Notes under the pieces: generated by a model
The model's input: only the letters and a program-made list of their open reading frames with translations
Told to the model about the DNA's origin: nothing
The model's database searches: none
Part shown: in pieces, positions 34,885 through 48,790 of the stretch
Layout: each line of letters starts with the position of its first letter
How positions within the stretch are numbered: position 1 is the stretch's first letter
Program-made: the position numbers and the translations under genes
Source: Ylistrum balloti
Taxonomy: Eukaryota
Reading direction: 5' to 3'
DNA length: 64,000 nucleotides
Assembly (NCBI RefSeq): GCF_031769215.1
Contig: NW_026782309.1
Span: forward strand, 1-64,000

Positions 34885-37800
34885 ATGACGAATGGTAAGA
34901 TAGGTGAAGAAGATTATATCAATTAATTACAAGATTTAAAAAAAAATAATTCTTAAATGGTCTTGAGGTGGTCTCATGTCAAGATAGGGAATACTTTTAG
35001 ATATGAACCAAGTTACAACACGGTGTGCGCAAGCACTAAACTTGTGTCTGACTGAATATGCATATCTGATTTCGTCGTCATGTAGCCTCGCCTGACAAAC
35101 TGAACGGCGGATTGGGAAACATGGAATATTGTAGATTGGATTTCCAGTGGGCCTCTAGCCCTATTGCTTCTGTTACTTGTCCTCTTGTTACACTTGTTTT
35201 CATATCTGTTGGACATAACTTGTGCCATTAATTTATCGAAGACTGGGATTGATTTGGCCCCGATAGTTAAATGACACGAAACAGTTATCATCTTATAATA
35301 GAAACGTAAGTGGAGGCTGAAGTCTCTTGTTATGAATTCTACCGGGATACATAACACAACATGTAACTGCATGTTCATGTATTGAAATCATATAAAAATG
35401 AAAAGTTTATATAGAGACAAATCATTGCAAACAATACAAATATTCTCATGGTTCGACCATAACAGAGGTGCAATAGAAGATGGCAATGTTTGTGAATATT
35501 TATTCATATTCCTTCAGAAAGGAATTCACAAGAGTGTGTAGAAGAATTTTTCCAAAAATAGCAATGGTGATCTTGTCATTAACCATACCACATTGAAACT
35601 TAAAAGTCCTGAGATATTATGGTCATTAAGAAGAATGTTAAGTGTGATCAAATCCCTCAAGTCATTGACCCCAAAAAGCACTGGCAAAGATTATCTAAAA
35701 ATAGTAAGTGGCCTTGACCTCAATCCTGAAACTTTAACTCATCTTTTGCTACTTTGGTCCTTTATAATTATACAATCTGATCAAACGTGATAAAGAATGA
35801 AAGAACAGTAATTGTTACTTTGACCTTGCCTACAACACTGAACTCAAACTTGTCTGAAATATTAAAGTGTTTAAAAGGATGTGAAAGTTGATCATAATCC
35901 CACAACAGGATAGACTGTGACCTTGACCCAATAATCCTGATACTCAAAACTCATACTCATATGATATATCATATTCTTTGAAGAAAATGTGACAAGAATT
36001 TTATCAAATTCTTTATGGTGACCTTGCCATTGATCCTAGAACACTGAAACCTTATTATATACTTGTCTCTGAATATGGTCCTTTATAAGCGTGAAAAGAT
36101 TTAAACTTTCTCAAGGAGTGAAGCTGCTAGAGTGTTGACAAGGATTTTCTAAAACTGGTAATTTACCCGGTATAACTCTAACATTGACTTTGGTCTTACA
36201 ACAACAAAAATCAGTGATTATTCTTAGATATGTGTATATGTATTATGGTTCTGATTTTGATTAAAAATTCATGAGGAATGATCCTGTGCACATTGATCAC
36301 AATCACTCAAGGAATAAAGTTGTTAACACTACTGGCAAACTTGGTTGTTCCCTGAAGTATATTTGCTCAAACACTTTTCATATACATCTGTATTCAGACC
36401 GATATCAAACATTCTCTTGACATCTTTCTGTGAGGATTGTTATCTCTAGACAATCAAAAGTAACTGGGACATAGGTTAAGTTTCATTGTGATGATCAGTG
36501 TTAAAAAAACTTCATATTACTATTTGAGAAAATGTTAACTCGTCATCAAATGCATATCTTGAGTCTGATTCTTCGTATTGATAAATATTTAATATTAAAA
36601 CTCAGATAAAAAAGTAGAGACGAAGCCATTTCCATTTGTTCATTACCATGTAGATATAGAATCAATGGGTCAAAAAAGAAGAAAAGAAAAGAGGAAAAAA
36701 ACCCAAAAAATTCCAAATAAATGAAACACCATAGTGCCAACACAAAAGGAACAATGAATGGAAAATCAAAAGTGGACATCATACAAATTCAATAATACAC
36801 AACAAAAATGTTAAACGTCATTAACATTTACAGAAACTAATGAAGGTGAAATGCATTTTTAACTATTCTGCATTACCCCCTACAATAAATTATTTTGCTG
36901 GTTTTTTGTTTTTTTTTGGGGGGGAGGGCGGCTATATCAGCATCACTTTGTCTGTTTGTCCATCTATCTGGAAAAAAATTAAACACATGATAGTACCGGA
37001 AAAAAGGTGAACATTTCTTTTCAAATTTTGTTGAATGTCCAGAAACAATTGATACTCCTAACTTTTCAAAAATCAATGAACAAATTTCAACGAAATATTG
37101 CAGAAACTTTCCATGGACAAAGATGAAAAAAAATGTGAATTATATATATGGTTATTATTCCTCCCCTCCTAAATCCAGGGTCTTAGGTTCTGAAATTTAA
37201 AAAATCTTCTTTTCCAGACCTAGATATGAAATACTTTTCATGTATATAAGGTTCAGAAATTGCAATAGCAAAATTTTTATGTCACATTTTGCCCTTTGGA
37301 GCAGCTTAAGTTTATTATAGTTTATAGGTACAATGTATGTAGGAAATATTGAGCATAACTGTTAAATTTCCTTGGAAAGAATTCAAACTTGTTAGAATTA
37401 TTAACATTGGATGACACTTGCTTAGAATGATTAACAATGGATGGCATATAAGCTTATTTTACATTTATATATCGTACATTTTCATTAATGGACTATATTT
37501 TGCTGATTAATTTTTTTCAAATTTGAACAATTATCCCATGTAATTTATTAATAAAAATATTTTTATTTATTTTGTTACAGCTTATTCCTTTGAGGGAATC
37601 ATCATCTTTGGGCTACTTGTTGTGTGCACTTGTGCCTATATGAGAAGAGTGCCTAGGCTGAAACAGTGGTTTCTCTCTGAAAAGAAAGGCCTGATGGGAG
37701 TATTCTACAAAGGTACAACACATGCCCATCATATAGTGGAAAAAAGAAAATGTGTTTCACTGATTGTAAGATTTAATAAACATAAGTTTTTACATTTCAT

Positions 37801-38439
37801 ATGAGAATTTTTGGAATAATGCATATAAGTTTTTAATTTTCTGAAGCCTGGTGAGAAGTTTCGTAAAATCTTATATGAAATGAAAACAAATTTAGGATCA
37901 AACAGTGGCAATTATTTTGTTGTGCCAATTTTCAATTCATGACCAAACATTATTTGTTATATTATGACATCACACTAAATATCTGACTGGCATGGCCAAT
38001 GGTAAATGCTCTAAGGTAAATTACACTAGTGACATATATGTATGCAGAAATGTTACCAGTACATATGTCTATTTCAGTTTGGGTTAGATGAAAACAAGGG
38101 TTATTACATAATCAAGAGACCCTGGGTAATGATATTAGGGTTGTGCTGTAACATAATGTGATGAGAGACTAGTACCGTAGCACAGTGTATTCTTTTATAT
38201 ACAGTGAAACATGATTATGAAAAAAATGTTTTCTTCTCAAGATATGTAATCATAAACAATTATACTATTATTAAAATGAGATATGATTCATTTTAAATGA
38301 CAGTATTTTTTCTATTAGAACAATGTTGTGAAATGAATATTGTGTTTATTTTTCAGCGTCTGTGATAGGAACTCGACTTCACATTCCTGTGGCGGTGATA
38401 TGTTCTTTGATGGCAGTGTATGTTCTCATTCTGAGGTGA
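34885..38439 (+). CDS. TMEM167B: Protein kish-B, 74 aa, 3 coding exons: 34885-34894, 37581-37712, 38357-38439
   Basis: Spliced translation [74 protein letters not shown]. GT-AG introns with consistent phases. It resembles human kish-B as recalled (MTNVYSLDG..KVPRLKTWLLSEKKG). Confidence 0.93.
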
Positions 38440-39315
38440 TACACAACAGGAAAGATTTTATTTATTAACATTTGTACATATATAAAGACTGAGCTATCAT
38501 CTATAGAAGCGCTTGGAATAGCGAGTGTCTTATATGATGAAGACTTCAATAAGTACGTACGATCTTACAGCAGCTGTGTTGTGGTAAAGGAGGAGATAGG
38601 TAAATTGTCTCCCCTTAGACTGTACACAAAAATAAGGAATACACAATCATTTTGATGCTTATGAATAGACTGAAGAAATGTACTGAGTTGTGCATTATAT
38701 GGTTTAACTTCTTTGTGAACTTGGTGCTGCATCATCGCTATATGTTCCACTTTTGTACTGATATCTTTGAATTATGGTATAATACATTGTAATACATGCA
38801 CCGTGCATATTAGGAATATTGAGTATATGTATTTCTAAAATTCCTTTGAATGTATTTCTTTCTATTATTGAGTCAAGTGCTTGAATTAGTTACATCCTTT
38901 CAAAAATATCTGAATTGAGCAGAGATAGTGAAGGTTATGTCAGATATTTGATTGTGTAGATGATGTTTATATTTTGTGCTAATATAAAAGGAATTGATGT
39001 CAGAGATTTAAGTATTAATGTGTGTATGAGGAAAGTAGAGAAGTGCTCAAAGGATACAAGATGTCAGCCATACAAATACATGTAAAACATGGTTTACATA
39101 GCTTTGTCAGGGACATGTGACACATTATACAAATGTCTGTCCCTGAAAAAGCTTTATACATATATAGACTTTATTTACCTGGTATATCATTGAATTAAAA
39201 CAAATACTAAAAGCAAAATTATCAAACAAAGGGTGATATACATGTATACTGTAAATATTTAAAGTATTTCTCTTGTCTTGTGTCTTTCAATTGTCTTAAT
39301 GCTTATCATTTGTCA

Positions 39316-39694
39316 TTTTTAGCTCACTTGGCCTGTGAGCTTTAAGGATACCATGGCGTCAGTTGTCTGTCAATTTCTCTAGACCCCCTCCCCCCACCCA
39401 ACCTTGGGCCATATTCAGCATCAGGATATAAACAAAGTCATAACTGATCATTTTTTCTAGGGTCTGGTCCCATCCCAGGACAGATAACATCTTTGAAGCC
39501 GTTGAGATTATCATCCCATAACTAAATAGCATTGCTAAGAGATTAACAACTGATCTCAGTCTCCACCCCTAGGGAATTTGAAGTTGCATCTGTGGGATGA
39601 GGCTCATCAGGGGAAAAATTTTCCTTCTAAACAAATGTACCATTTGCATTGACATATTCTGTGAGCAATACAGGCCCCTCTGGGCCTCTTGTTT
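39316..39694 (+). mobile_element. Non-autonomous Helentron/DINE-like element
   Basis: 5' TTTTTAGCTCAC, subterminal inverted GTGAGC (39661), 3' hairpin AGGCCC-CTCT-GGGCCT then CTTGTTT, with T-rich flanks. Confidence 0.55.
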
Positions 39695-40806
39695 CTTGAG
39701 GGTTTATTTTTGAGAGAATTTTTAGAGGAGAATATAATTCATTACCTGGGTAGTATCACATTAACAGGCATGGAATGTATGATATCATCAGCAGCTCAAT
39801 ATTCTGATACATTGATTCATCACATAGTCACAACATTGAAAAGTATGATTTTTTACTTAAGTTGTCACAATTTTGAACCAGAATTAAATATTAGCAATAC
39901 TCCTTCATGACTAGTTATTTGTGTATAAGTTACCTCCCTTAGTCTCTATGTGACATCCATACAAATGTATATTCTTGTCTATGATTTATGGTCCTCAGTT
40001 TAGTCTGTTTATAGGTGTGAAGACCTCTTCGGGTGTAAATATTGGTTTTACTTATTAAGACAACGATGTGTTTGTGTACAAGTTTACTTTGTTACAACAT
40101 ACGTCAAATATTGGACCAAACTGTAAATAGGACACCAAATCATTAAAACTGAATATTAGTTACCTACTTAACTGACAGAATTTTATATTAAGTGGAAACA
40201 TAAGTTGTGTAAGCACCAAAACAAGGTATTACCAATTTTGATGATATCATATGTGACAGTGTTAGAGCTGTGTGTTTGTCCAACAGTATTTGTATTTATT
40301 ACAAAGTTGAGACCAAATTGCATAATTAAGAATAATGGGATAAGATAAATGGCAAGAGCTTAAACAAAGAACAGTAATCTGTACATCACAATTCTTTGTA
40401 CTGTGTTTACTTAACCATTGTATTTATATATCTTTTAGAAACACCATTTACATTTGCTTTTCACATTTACTGAATATTAAGATGGGAAATACTAAGGTAG
40501 AGCCATTGCTTATTAAAGGAAAGGTGATAACATCTTGCTTGCTTAGTTATCTGATTATTTGTTAATGAACATTTTCACACAAGGCCCAAATGACATCACT
40601 CTTGATTCCTTGAATTATGAAATTGTTCAAGACATCCTGACATGGATTTTTGTTTTACAAAATCTGTCAAAAAATAATTAAGACATGCATTTCCTGTTCA
40701 AGTAAATACATAAATTGTGAAAGTGGTGTTACACATGTATATTTTCATTAATTTCACAGTACAAATGAGTAAGAAGTGCTTTTAAAATGATTGCTTAGAT
40801 GAGTTG

Positions 40807-42716
40807 TGAAACTTCTCCATGTACAGAACCTGATAGACGGTGAAACTTCTCCATGTACAGAACCTGATAGACGGTGAAACTTCTCCATGTACAGAACCTG
40901 ATAGACGGTGAAACTTCTCCATGTACAGAACCTGATAGACGGTGAAACTTCTCCATGTACAGAACCTGATAGACGGTGAAACTTCTCCATGTACAGAACC
41001 TGATAGACGGTGAAACTTCTCCATGTACAGAACCTGATAGACGGTGAAACTTCTCCATGTACAGAACCTGATAGACGGTGAAACTTCTCCATGTACAGAA
41101 CCTGATAGACGGTGAAACTTCTCCATGTACAGAACCTGATAGACGGTGAAACTTCTCCATGTACAGAACCTGATAGACGGTGAAACTTCTCCATGTACAG
41201 AACCTGATAGACGGTGAAACTTCTCCATGTACAGAACCTGATAGACGGTGAAACTTCTCCATGTACAGAACCTGATAGACGGTGAAACTTCTCCATGTAC
41301 AGAACCTGATAGACGGTGAAACTTCTCCATGTACAGAACCTGATAGACGGTGAAACTTCTCCATGTACAGAACCTGATAGACGGTGAAACTTCTCCATGT
41401 ACAGAACCTGATAGACGGTGAAACTTCTCCATGTACAGAACCTGATAGACGGTGAAACTTCTCCATGTACAGAACCTGATAGACGGTGAAACTTCTCCAT
41501 GTACAGAACCTGATAGACGGTGAAACTTCTCCATGTACAGAACCTGATAGACGGTGAAACTTCTCCATGTACAGAACCTGATAGACGGTGAAACTTCTCC
41601 ATGTACAGAACCTGATAGACGGTGAAACTTCTCCATGTACAGAACCTGATAGACGGTGAAACTTCTCCATGTACAGAACCTGATAGACGGTGAAACTTCT
41701 CCATGTACAGAACCTGATAGACGGTGAAACTTCTCCATGTACAGAACCTGATAGACGGTGAAACTTCTCCATGTACAGAACCTGATAGACGGTGAAACTT
41801 CTCCATGTACAGAACCTGATAGACGTTGAAACTTCTCCATGTACAGAACCTGATAGACGGTGAAACTTCTCCATGTACAGAACCTGATAGACGGTGAAAC
41901 TTCTCCATGTACAGAACCTGATAGACGGTGAAACTTCTCCATGTACAGAACCTGATAGACGGTGAAACTTTTCCATGTACAGAACCTGATAGACGGTGAA
42001 ACTTCTCCATGTACAGAACCTGATAGACGGTGAAACTTCTCCATGTACAGAACCTGATAGACGGTGAAACTTCTCCTTGTACAGAACCTGATAGACGGTG
42101 AAACTTCTCCATGTACAGAACCTGATAGACGGTGAAACTTCTCCATGTACAGAACCTGATAGACGGTGAAACTTCTATGTACAGAACCTGATAGACGGTG
42201 AAACTTCTCCATGTACAGAACCTGATAGACGGTGAAACTTCTCCATGTACAGAACCTGATAGACGGTGAAACTTTTCCATGTACAGAACCTGATAGACGG
42301 TGAAACTTCTCCATGTACAGAACCTGATAGACGGTGAAACTTCTATGTACAGAACCTGATAGACGGTGAAACTTCTCCATGTACAGAACCTGATAGACGG
42401 TGAAACTTTTCCATGTACAGAACCTGATAGACGGTGAAACTTCTCCATGTACAGAACCTGATAGACGGTGAAACTTCTCCATGTACAGAACCTGATAGAC
42501 GGTGAAACTTCTCCATGTACAGAACCTGATAGACGTTGAAACTTTTCCATGTACAGAACCTGATAGACGGTGAAACTTCTCCATGTACAGAACCTGATAG
42601 ACGGTGAAACTTCTCCATGTACAGAACCTGATAGACGGTGAAACTTTTCCATGTACAGAACCTGATAGACGGTGAAACTTATCCATGTACAGAACCTGAT
42701 AGACGGTGAAACTTCT
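40807..42716. repeat. 34-bp tandem repeat, ~56 copies (TGAAACTTCTCCATGTACAGAACCTGATAGACGG)
   Basis: Direct reading. The 34-aa periodic ORFs in all three minus frames follow from the 34-nt period. Confidence 0.98.
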
Positions 42717-42831
42717 AAAAAGGATAAAAAATTACAAACATAAATGTTTTGCAAACAGAATTATTTATTCAATAATTGAAAAACCAAATTCAGTCTAAAT
42801 GCAGTAATTTAGACCACAAAATCTAACCAAT

Positions 42832-43652
42832 GACAACAACATGTGTGACTAGGTGTATCTAAATTCACATGAGCAAATTAAAAAAAACATGTAAGTAAAG
42901 GAACTGTCTATCCATTGACAGCAACATGTGTGACTAGGTGTCTTCTAAAGTCACATGAGTAAAATCGCCATTAAAAAAACATCGTAAGTAAAGGAACTGT
43001 CTATCCATTGACAGCAACATGTGTGACTAGGTGTCTTCTAAAGTCACATGAGTAAAATTGCCATTAAAAAAACATCGTAAGTAAAGGAACTGTCTATCCA
43101 TTGACAGCAACATGTGTGACTAGGTGTCTTTTAAAGTCACATGAGTAAAATTGCCATTAAAAAACCATCGTAAGTAAAGGAACTGTCTATCCATTGACAG
43201 CAACATGTGTGACTAGGTGTCTTTTAAAGTCACTAAAATTGCATTAAAAAACCACGTAAGTAAAGGAACTGTCTATCCATTGACAGCAACATGTGTGACT
43301 AGGTGTCTTCTAAAGTCACATGAGTAAAATTGCCATTAAAAAAAACATCGTAAGTAAAGGAACTGTCTATCCATTGACAGCAACATGTGTGACTAGGTGT
43401 CTTCTAAAGTCACATGAGTAAAATTGCCATTAAAAAAACATCGTAAGTAAAGGAACTGTCTATCCATTGACAGCAACATGTGTGACTAGGTGTCTTCTAA
43501 AGTCACATGAGTAAAATTGCCATTAAAAAAACATCGTAAGTAAAGGAACTGTCTATTCATGAACAGCAACATGTGTGACTAAGTGTCTTTCAAAGTCGCA
43601 TAAACAAATTGAAATGGGTAAACAAAAAGTAAGTCATCAAAACTGTCTATCC
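42832..43652. repeat. 93-bp tandem repeat, ~9 copies, downstream of the pogo transposase
   Basis: GGAACTGTCTA recurs at 42900, 42993, 43086, 43179, 43265, 43359, 43452 and 43545. Confidence 0.95.
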
Positions 43653-46450
43653 TTTTGTCCGGTGACAAGATGTTTGACTGGTTGTCTGATTTTTAAATTC
43701 ATTTACCGAAGAAATTTTGAATAGGCATAAAAATCCACTGGGAATATTAAATGACGGGCAACACGAGCAGTGCCACCATGCTGAAGAGGCTGTGGCAGCT
43801 TTCCAATGATATCAGTAAATGCAATATCAGATATGTCATCAACTGTTGGAAAGACAAATTTGTATGATGAGGAATTACGTCTCATAAACTTAATGTTAAA
43901 GGTTTTTTCACCAATATCATCAATGTCTCCATTGCAGCCTATTATTTGTCCTATATAAATAACTTTCGTCTTTTTGGTAAGAAATTGTACTATGACAAAA
44001 TCCTCAGGGACGAGAGAATCAGCATCAGGCGGTACTATTTCCTCTTCCTCAGCAGATTCATCATATTCAAAGGAATCATCGTCATCGTCACAAATGTTTT
44101 TTTCGTTAACTTCCTCTTCTGAACTTGAATCACCTTGACTATCTTTCTGTTGAAATTCAAACCGTAATCCCTTTTTACCTTTTTTTGCTTTGTTTTGTCT
44201 CTCTTTGGTTTGCTTTCTTTTCTTTTCCTCGGCATCCTTTTTGATCTGATCTTTTACTGGTGTGTCCGTAAGAATTAGAGTTTTTCCTTTCTTTTGACCT
44301 CCTCTACCTTTCCTTGGTGGCGCCTTTGGAAAGGGACTTATTTCTTCTGGTAAAACAACTGCCTGTATTTTTTCTCTAGATATCCTATTTTCAGACGACA
44401 TTGAACCAGAATCAGAACTGATTAAATTTGCTGCTAGAGTGTTGGCATGGGGAGAAGTCACAGGATCAACGTTGGCGGAAGCTGACGGAGCAAAATCAAC
44501 GCTTGTCGAAATTGATGCAACAAGATCAGTGTTGGTAGATGTTGATGCAACAGGTTCAACATTTGTGGAAGTTGACACATTAGGGTTAACTGATGAGGAA
44601 GCTGAAACAACATGATCAACGATGGTTCCTTCAATGTCTTTCACGTTTTCAGTTATTGGCCTATCTGTTACGTATGAGCACATGAAATCTTCATCACTGA
44701 AGATGTTGGCGTCAAAAGGATGGATACCAGATACTTTGAATCCGGAATTGATATTCCTTGGAGTAAATGCCAGTGGGTAAGCTTTGCCGATAATCTGACT
44801 TACATTATGAATTGTGATTGGCTGGCCAGGGTGACTTATCATAAAATCATTTGCTGCCTTGGTGTAGAGGCTCTTGAAAGGACCATACACAGAACGGTCT
44901 AGGGGCTGCATTTTGTGACTACAGTGAGGCGGAAGTGTTAACATAGTAACACCATTATCCTTGGCAAGGACAATTGTTTCAATTGATATATGAGATTCAT
45001 GATTATCTAATATCAACAGAACAGGACGCTCTTTCGAGCATTTGGTTGCCTTAATAAAGTGTTGCATATATACAGTAAAGTTCTCTGAGGTCATCCATCC
45101 TGATGGATTTGCTACACCAACAGTTCCAGGCGGAGCTCCATATAGCATGGATTGTTTGAAATGCACACGAGGAAATACCAAGAATGGCGGTACTGAATTC
45201 CCAGCAGCATTTATTGTGCCAAGCATTGTTACTAATGTTCCTCTTTCTCCCGAAGTGATTTTGCCAACTTGTTTTTCACTTGTACAAGCAACTACTTTAG
45301 TGTTTCCAACTTTCTGAACGGTTGTGCACCCAGTTTCATCTGAATTGTATATGTCAGTTGGACTGAAATTATGTTCCTTCATTACTTTCTCCAGGTTATC
45401 AAAGAAGTCTTTTACATTTTTCTTGTTGAAACTTGTGGCACGCGATAATCTGGTTGCTTCTGGACGACGTAAGGACAGGTTAGGATACCTTTTCATATAC
45501 CCAGCAAACCAATCTTCACCAGCACGTCTGTTCTGCCTCCAAGACTCCGGAAATACTTTATCATTGCGATTTGCATATTCAAATGCTAATTCACGCACTT
45601 GCTGTCGTGTCAACCCATAGTGCATTTTAGAGGCTTTGATAAGATATTCCTGTAGAAGTATTTCTTCTTCTTCAGTAAAAACCTGACGGCAGCTGTAATT
45701 TGGTGAATATGACATAGATTCTCTGTTTCCATGTTCCCGTGCTCTCTGTACATAACGAGCAAGGTTGAAAAATGAATATCATATGACTTGCAGACATTTC
45801 TAATACTCCTTTGTTCTCCTATAACTTTCTGAACGGCCTCTTTCATTTTAGTACTGGTAGTCTTTCCAATTTTCCTATCCTCTTTATTTCTATTACGCAC
45901 CATATTTTATGATGCTGAAAAAGAATATAATATGCAATTATACTAATTAACTTTTATCTGCATAGTAAGTGAAAAGTCAAAGTAATCAATGCCAAGAGTT
46001 GAGATAAAGAAAAAAACATTACTCGGGGCACACTGAATCACTATTCAAAGTGAGCCACTGTGCCCCGATTCACTGTGCCCCACATGGTCATATTTTAATC
46101 ATGTGACCACCATCCTGACAAGGCTTAGTATCACATGGATAACACAACTTCGTCAACATCTCCAAACATCCATGTAACTAATGAAATATGATTGAGTGTC
46201 TATCAACTGACTATCAAGTGAGTATCTGAAAGGGATTGAGAGCACAAAAATTTACTTTTGGGGGTGTAAAACATACTTTACCTTGCATTTTTTTTTTCTG
46301 GCTCCAGATAACTGATACTGCAAGACAATTTGGCAGGAACTCTTCAATACACATATACTGATGATGTCATCAGTCTATTAACACAAACCAAATTCTATAA
46401 ATGATCAATGATTCACTGTGCCCCATGATTCACTGTGCCCCGGTCTCCCC
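43653..46450 (-). mobile_element. pogo-like DNA transposon, only one terminus found
   Basis: Terminus (rc) GGGGAGACCGGGGCACAGTGAATC flanked by TA (46451-46452). GATTCACTGTGCCCC repeats at 46067, 46410 and 46427, inverted at 46025. The left boundary is uncertain. Confidence 0.65.
43703..45903 (-). CDS. pogo/Tigger-type transposase (HTH_psq + CENP-B HTH + DDE_1), one frameshift near 45763
   Basis: DETG, LDNHESH and QPLDRSVYGP catalytic motifs in ORF 43703-45715. The N-terminal HTH is in ORF 45610-45903. Adding one base restores STLARYVQRAREHGNRESMSY. Confidence 0.88.
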
Positions 46451-47539
46451 TATGCTGATATTTGAACAGTAAATATGTTCCTTCAACACTGACACCCATA
46501 ACTTTATATCCGATTTTATAAGACTATATTTTACATATGTTAAAAGTCGTAGTCTAAAATGTTTTTTTTTTTTTCCTAATCTATAAAAATCATTTATAAA
46601 GACTCCCGGAAATACGAAATTACATCCAGAGAAACCCTCAAGCTAAATGCCAGTAGCCTACAACACTTACAATGGAGTTTAGTGTTACGCTTGCACCAAA
46701 AACTAGATTTCACTTAAAAAGTCTCAGCCCCATATGCTATCTTTTTTAATTCGAAAAAAATATTCATTTCGACTCCGTGAAGTAATAGTCAACCCTACAT
46801 CAACCCTAAAACCAAATGGCAGTACCCTAGTACACACTTACAAAGAAGTTTACAGGTATTTTTCAACATTTCCACCAAAAGTTCTCTTCATCACGAGGTG
46901 AGCTAAAAATACGTTTTTCAAGATTTCGGACCGATAACACTTGGTCAAGGTTATCTCATGATCAGTTCAGAAAGTTTCTTCCCAATCCTGCTAGTAAAAC
47001 AAGACAAGTCTATAATTGGCATTATTCAGGGAAACAAAGATTGCACAATATATTAAAAAATGGCCACATTGAACTTTTGACGACTCCAAAATAAGACGAG
47101 TGCGTTACCACTGATACATTTGATACAGTCTCTCAAATTTAGCATATTCTACGTGATAAATCAATTGACAAATTAATATGAAGATATGGGCTGTTGTGCA
47201 TGATAGCCTGATAACCAGTTCACTTAAGACTGCACAGTCTTGGTTTGATAGTCTAAGGGAACTGGAGTTATTTTATTGAGTAGAAACCACAGATTATAAT
47301 ATAATGACTTAGTGGCATACTACATTTTACTGGTTGGCATATTTTTGTCAGAATTCGGTGGTTTTGCAAGTTCTTGAAAATGTGTCAAATATCCATTATA
47401 ACTTCATTGAAACTTCTTTTTGTAAATATAATCTTAGGTCTTCACATGAAAAGTTTACATAAGGCGGACGGCCGAAACATGATGGGTATGGATATATGTA
47501 CACATATATAGCCTTCCCATAAAGCTATGTACAGATGTA

Positions 47540-48790
47540 GAATTAGTGTAGGAGAGGTTTGAGAACAGATGGAGTCAGCTGGCGTTTATCAGCGAAGGGA
47601 GGGTATTCTATAGAACAATGGTGCACGGAAAGGACCATTTGAACGCGTCATTTGATGAATATATGTGTCCTGAAATATTGATTGTTGGATTTCTGGGTTC
47701 TTCTGTAGAAACAGCAATGAGACTGGACAATTTTACAGAGGACGTCCAGCTCGTTGTCTAGTAGAATCTAGTTATTGCACACATATCTATCTGTAAGTCG
47801 TTGAACCAGTTCAATTTTGATAATATGGTGGTGTATGTAGGGGTCCCATATGCAAGCACCATACGCAACTTTGTTTCGCACTAGTGACTGGTAAGCTTTC
47901 AAAAATTGAAGATTTTTTTTTTAAAAAAAAAGAAGAAAACCAAGGGCTTTGCTACCATTTGATGTTATATTGTCACTGTGGATGTTCCACATGCGATTAC
48001 ACTGAAGAGTCACCCCCTGGTACTTGATGTATGAGACAAATTCCGACACATGACCATATAGAGTAGTTATACTTAATAGGATATCTCTAGTGAGTGACTG
48101 TCAGTGAGGTACGTTTATCAGGGTGGAAGGCCATGAGCCACCTGGTCACTTCCCACCTGGCAGCAGCTCCGAGATCTAGTTGAAGCTAATCACAGCCTGC
48201 ATTACTTGAGACTTCGCGATGGATAATGCTATCGTCAGCGAATAGCCAGAGTTTGCTGTAGAGGAGAAAAGGAATAGGTCCGAAGACCGTGCTCTGGTAC
48301 CCCTGATCTATCTCGGACTCTATCGGAGAAGACACCATGGCCAGGGAAGCAGATATCTGGTTAAGGTGTTTGACTGGATACCATTATTTTCTACTTTGTA
48401 TAGATGATGAAGATTTTATCGATCACTTGTCCAAAATTTATTATGACGAGGTCAGTTTTGTTTATTTCTGTTAGTTCGTGGATGGAATCAATAAGTTGTG
48501 AAAGTGATTTGCGGAATCCATGTTGAAGATCAGAGGGTGCTATTTGATGCAAGATGTTACATTATTGGTTATTATATATGTTCCGTGAACTTACAGCATG
48601 TCAGGTGAGACATATAGGCCAATCATTTCTCGGATTGTGCTTTTCACATTTTTTATATACTGGCACCACATTTGCCAGGTTCCATTCTTGTGGTGTTTTA
48701 CCAGTGGTCATAGCTTTAGTGAATATTATAGTGAGGATTGGAGCAGTCGTCCTGAATCCTGACCCTTTGGTCGTATGACCAAACAAGTTA
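47540..48790 (-). mobile_element. Degenerate CR1/L2-like LINE RT relic
   Basis: APILTIIFTKAMTTGKTPQEWNLANVVPVYKK..NDWPICLT at 48601-48786. The downstream frames are broken and the boundaries are approximate. Confidence 0.6.

Noticed and set aside
35440-36200. GTGACCTTGACC-rich segments in TMEM167B intron 1
   Set aside because: They are probably fragments of a common bivalve interspersed repeat, but I could not define ends or class.
40754-42754. 393-666 aa ORFs over the 34-bp repeat
   Set aside because: All three frames give the same permuted 34-aa unit, which is an arithmetic result of a stop-free 34-nt repeat.
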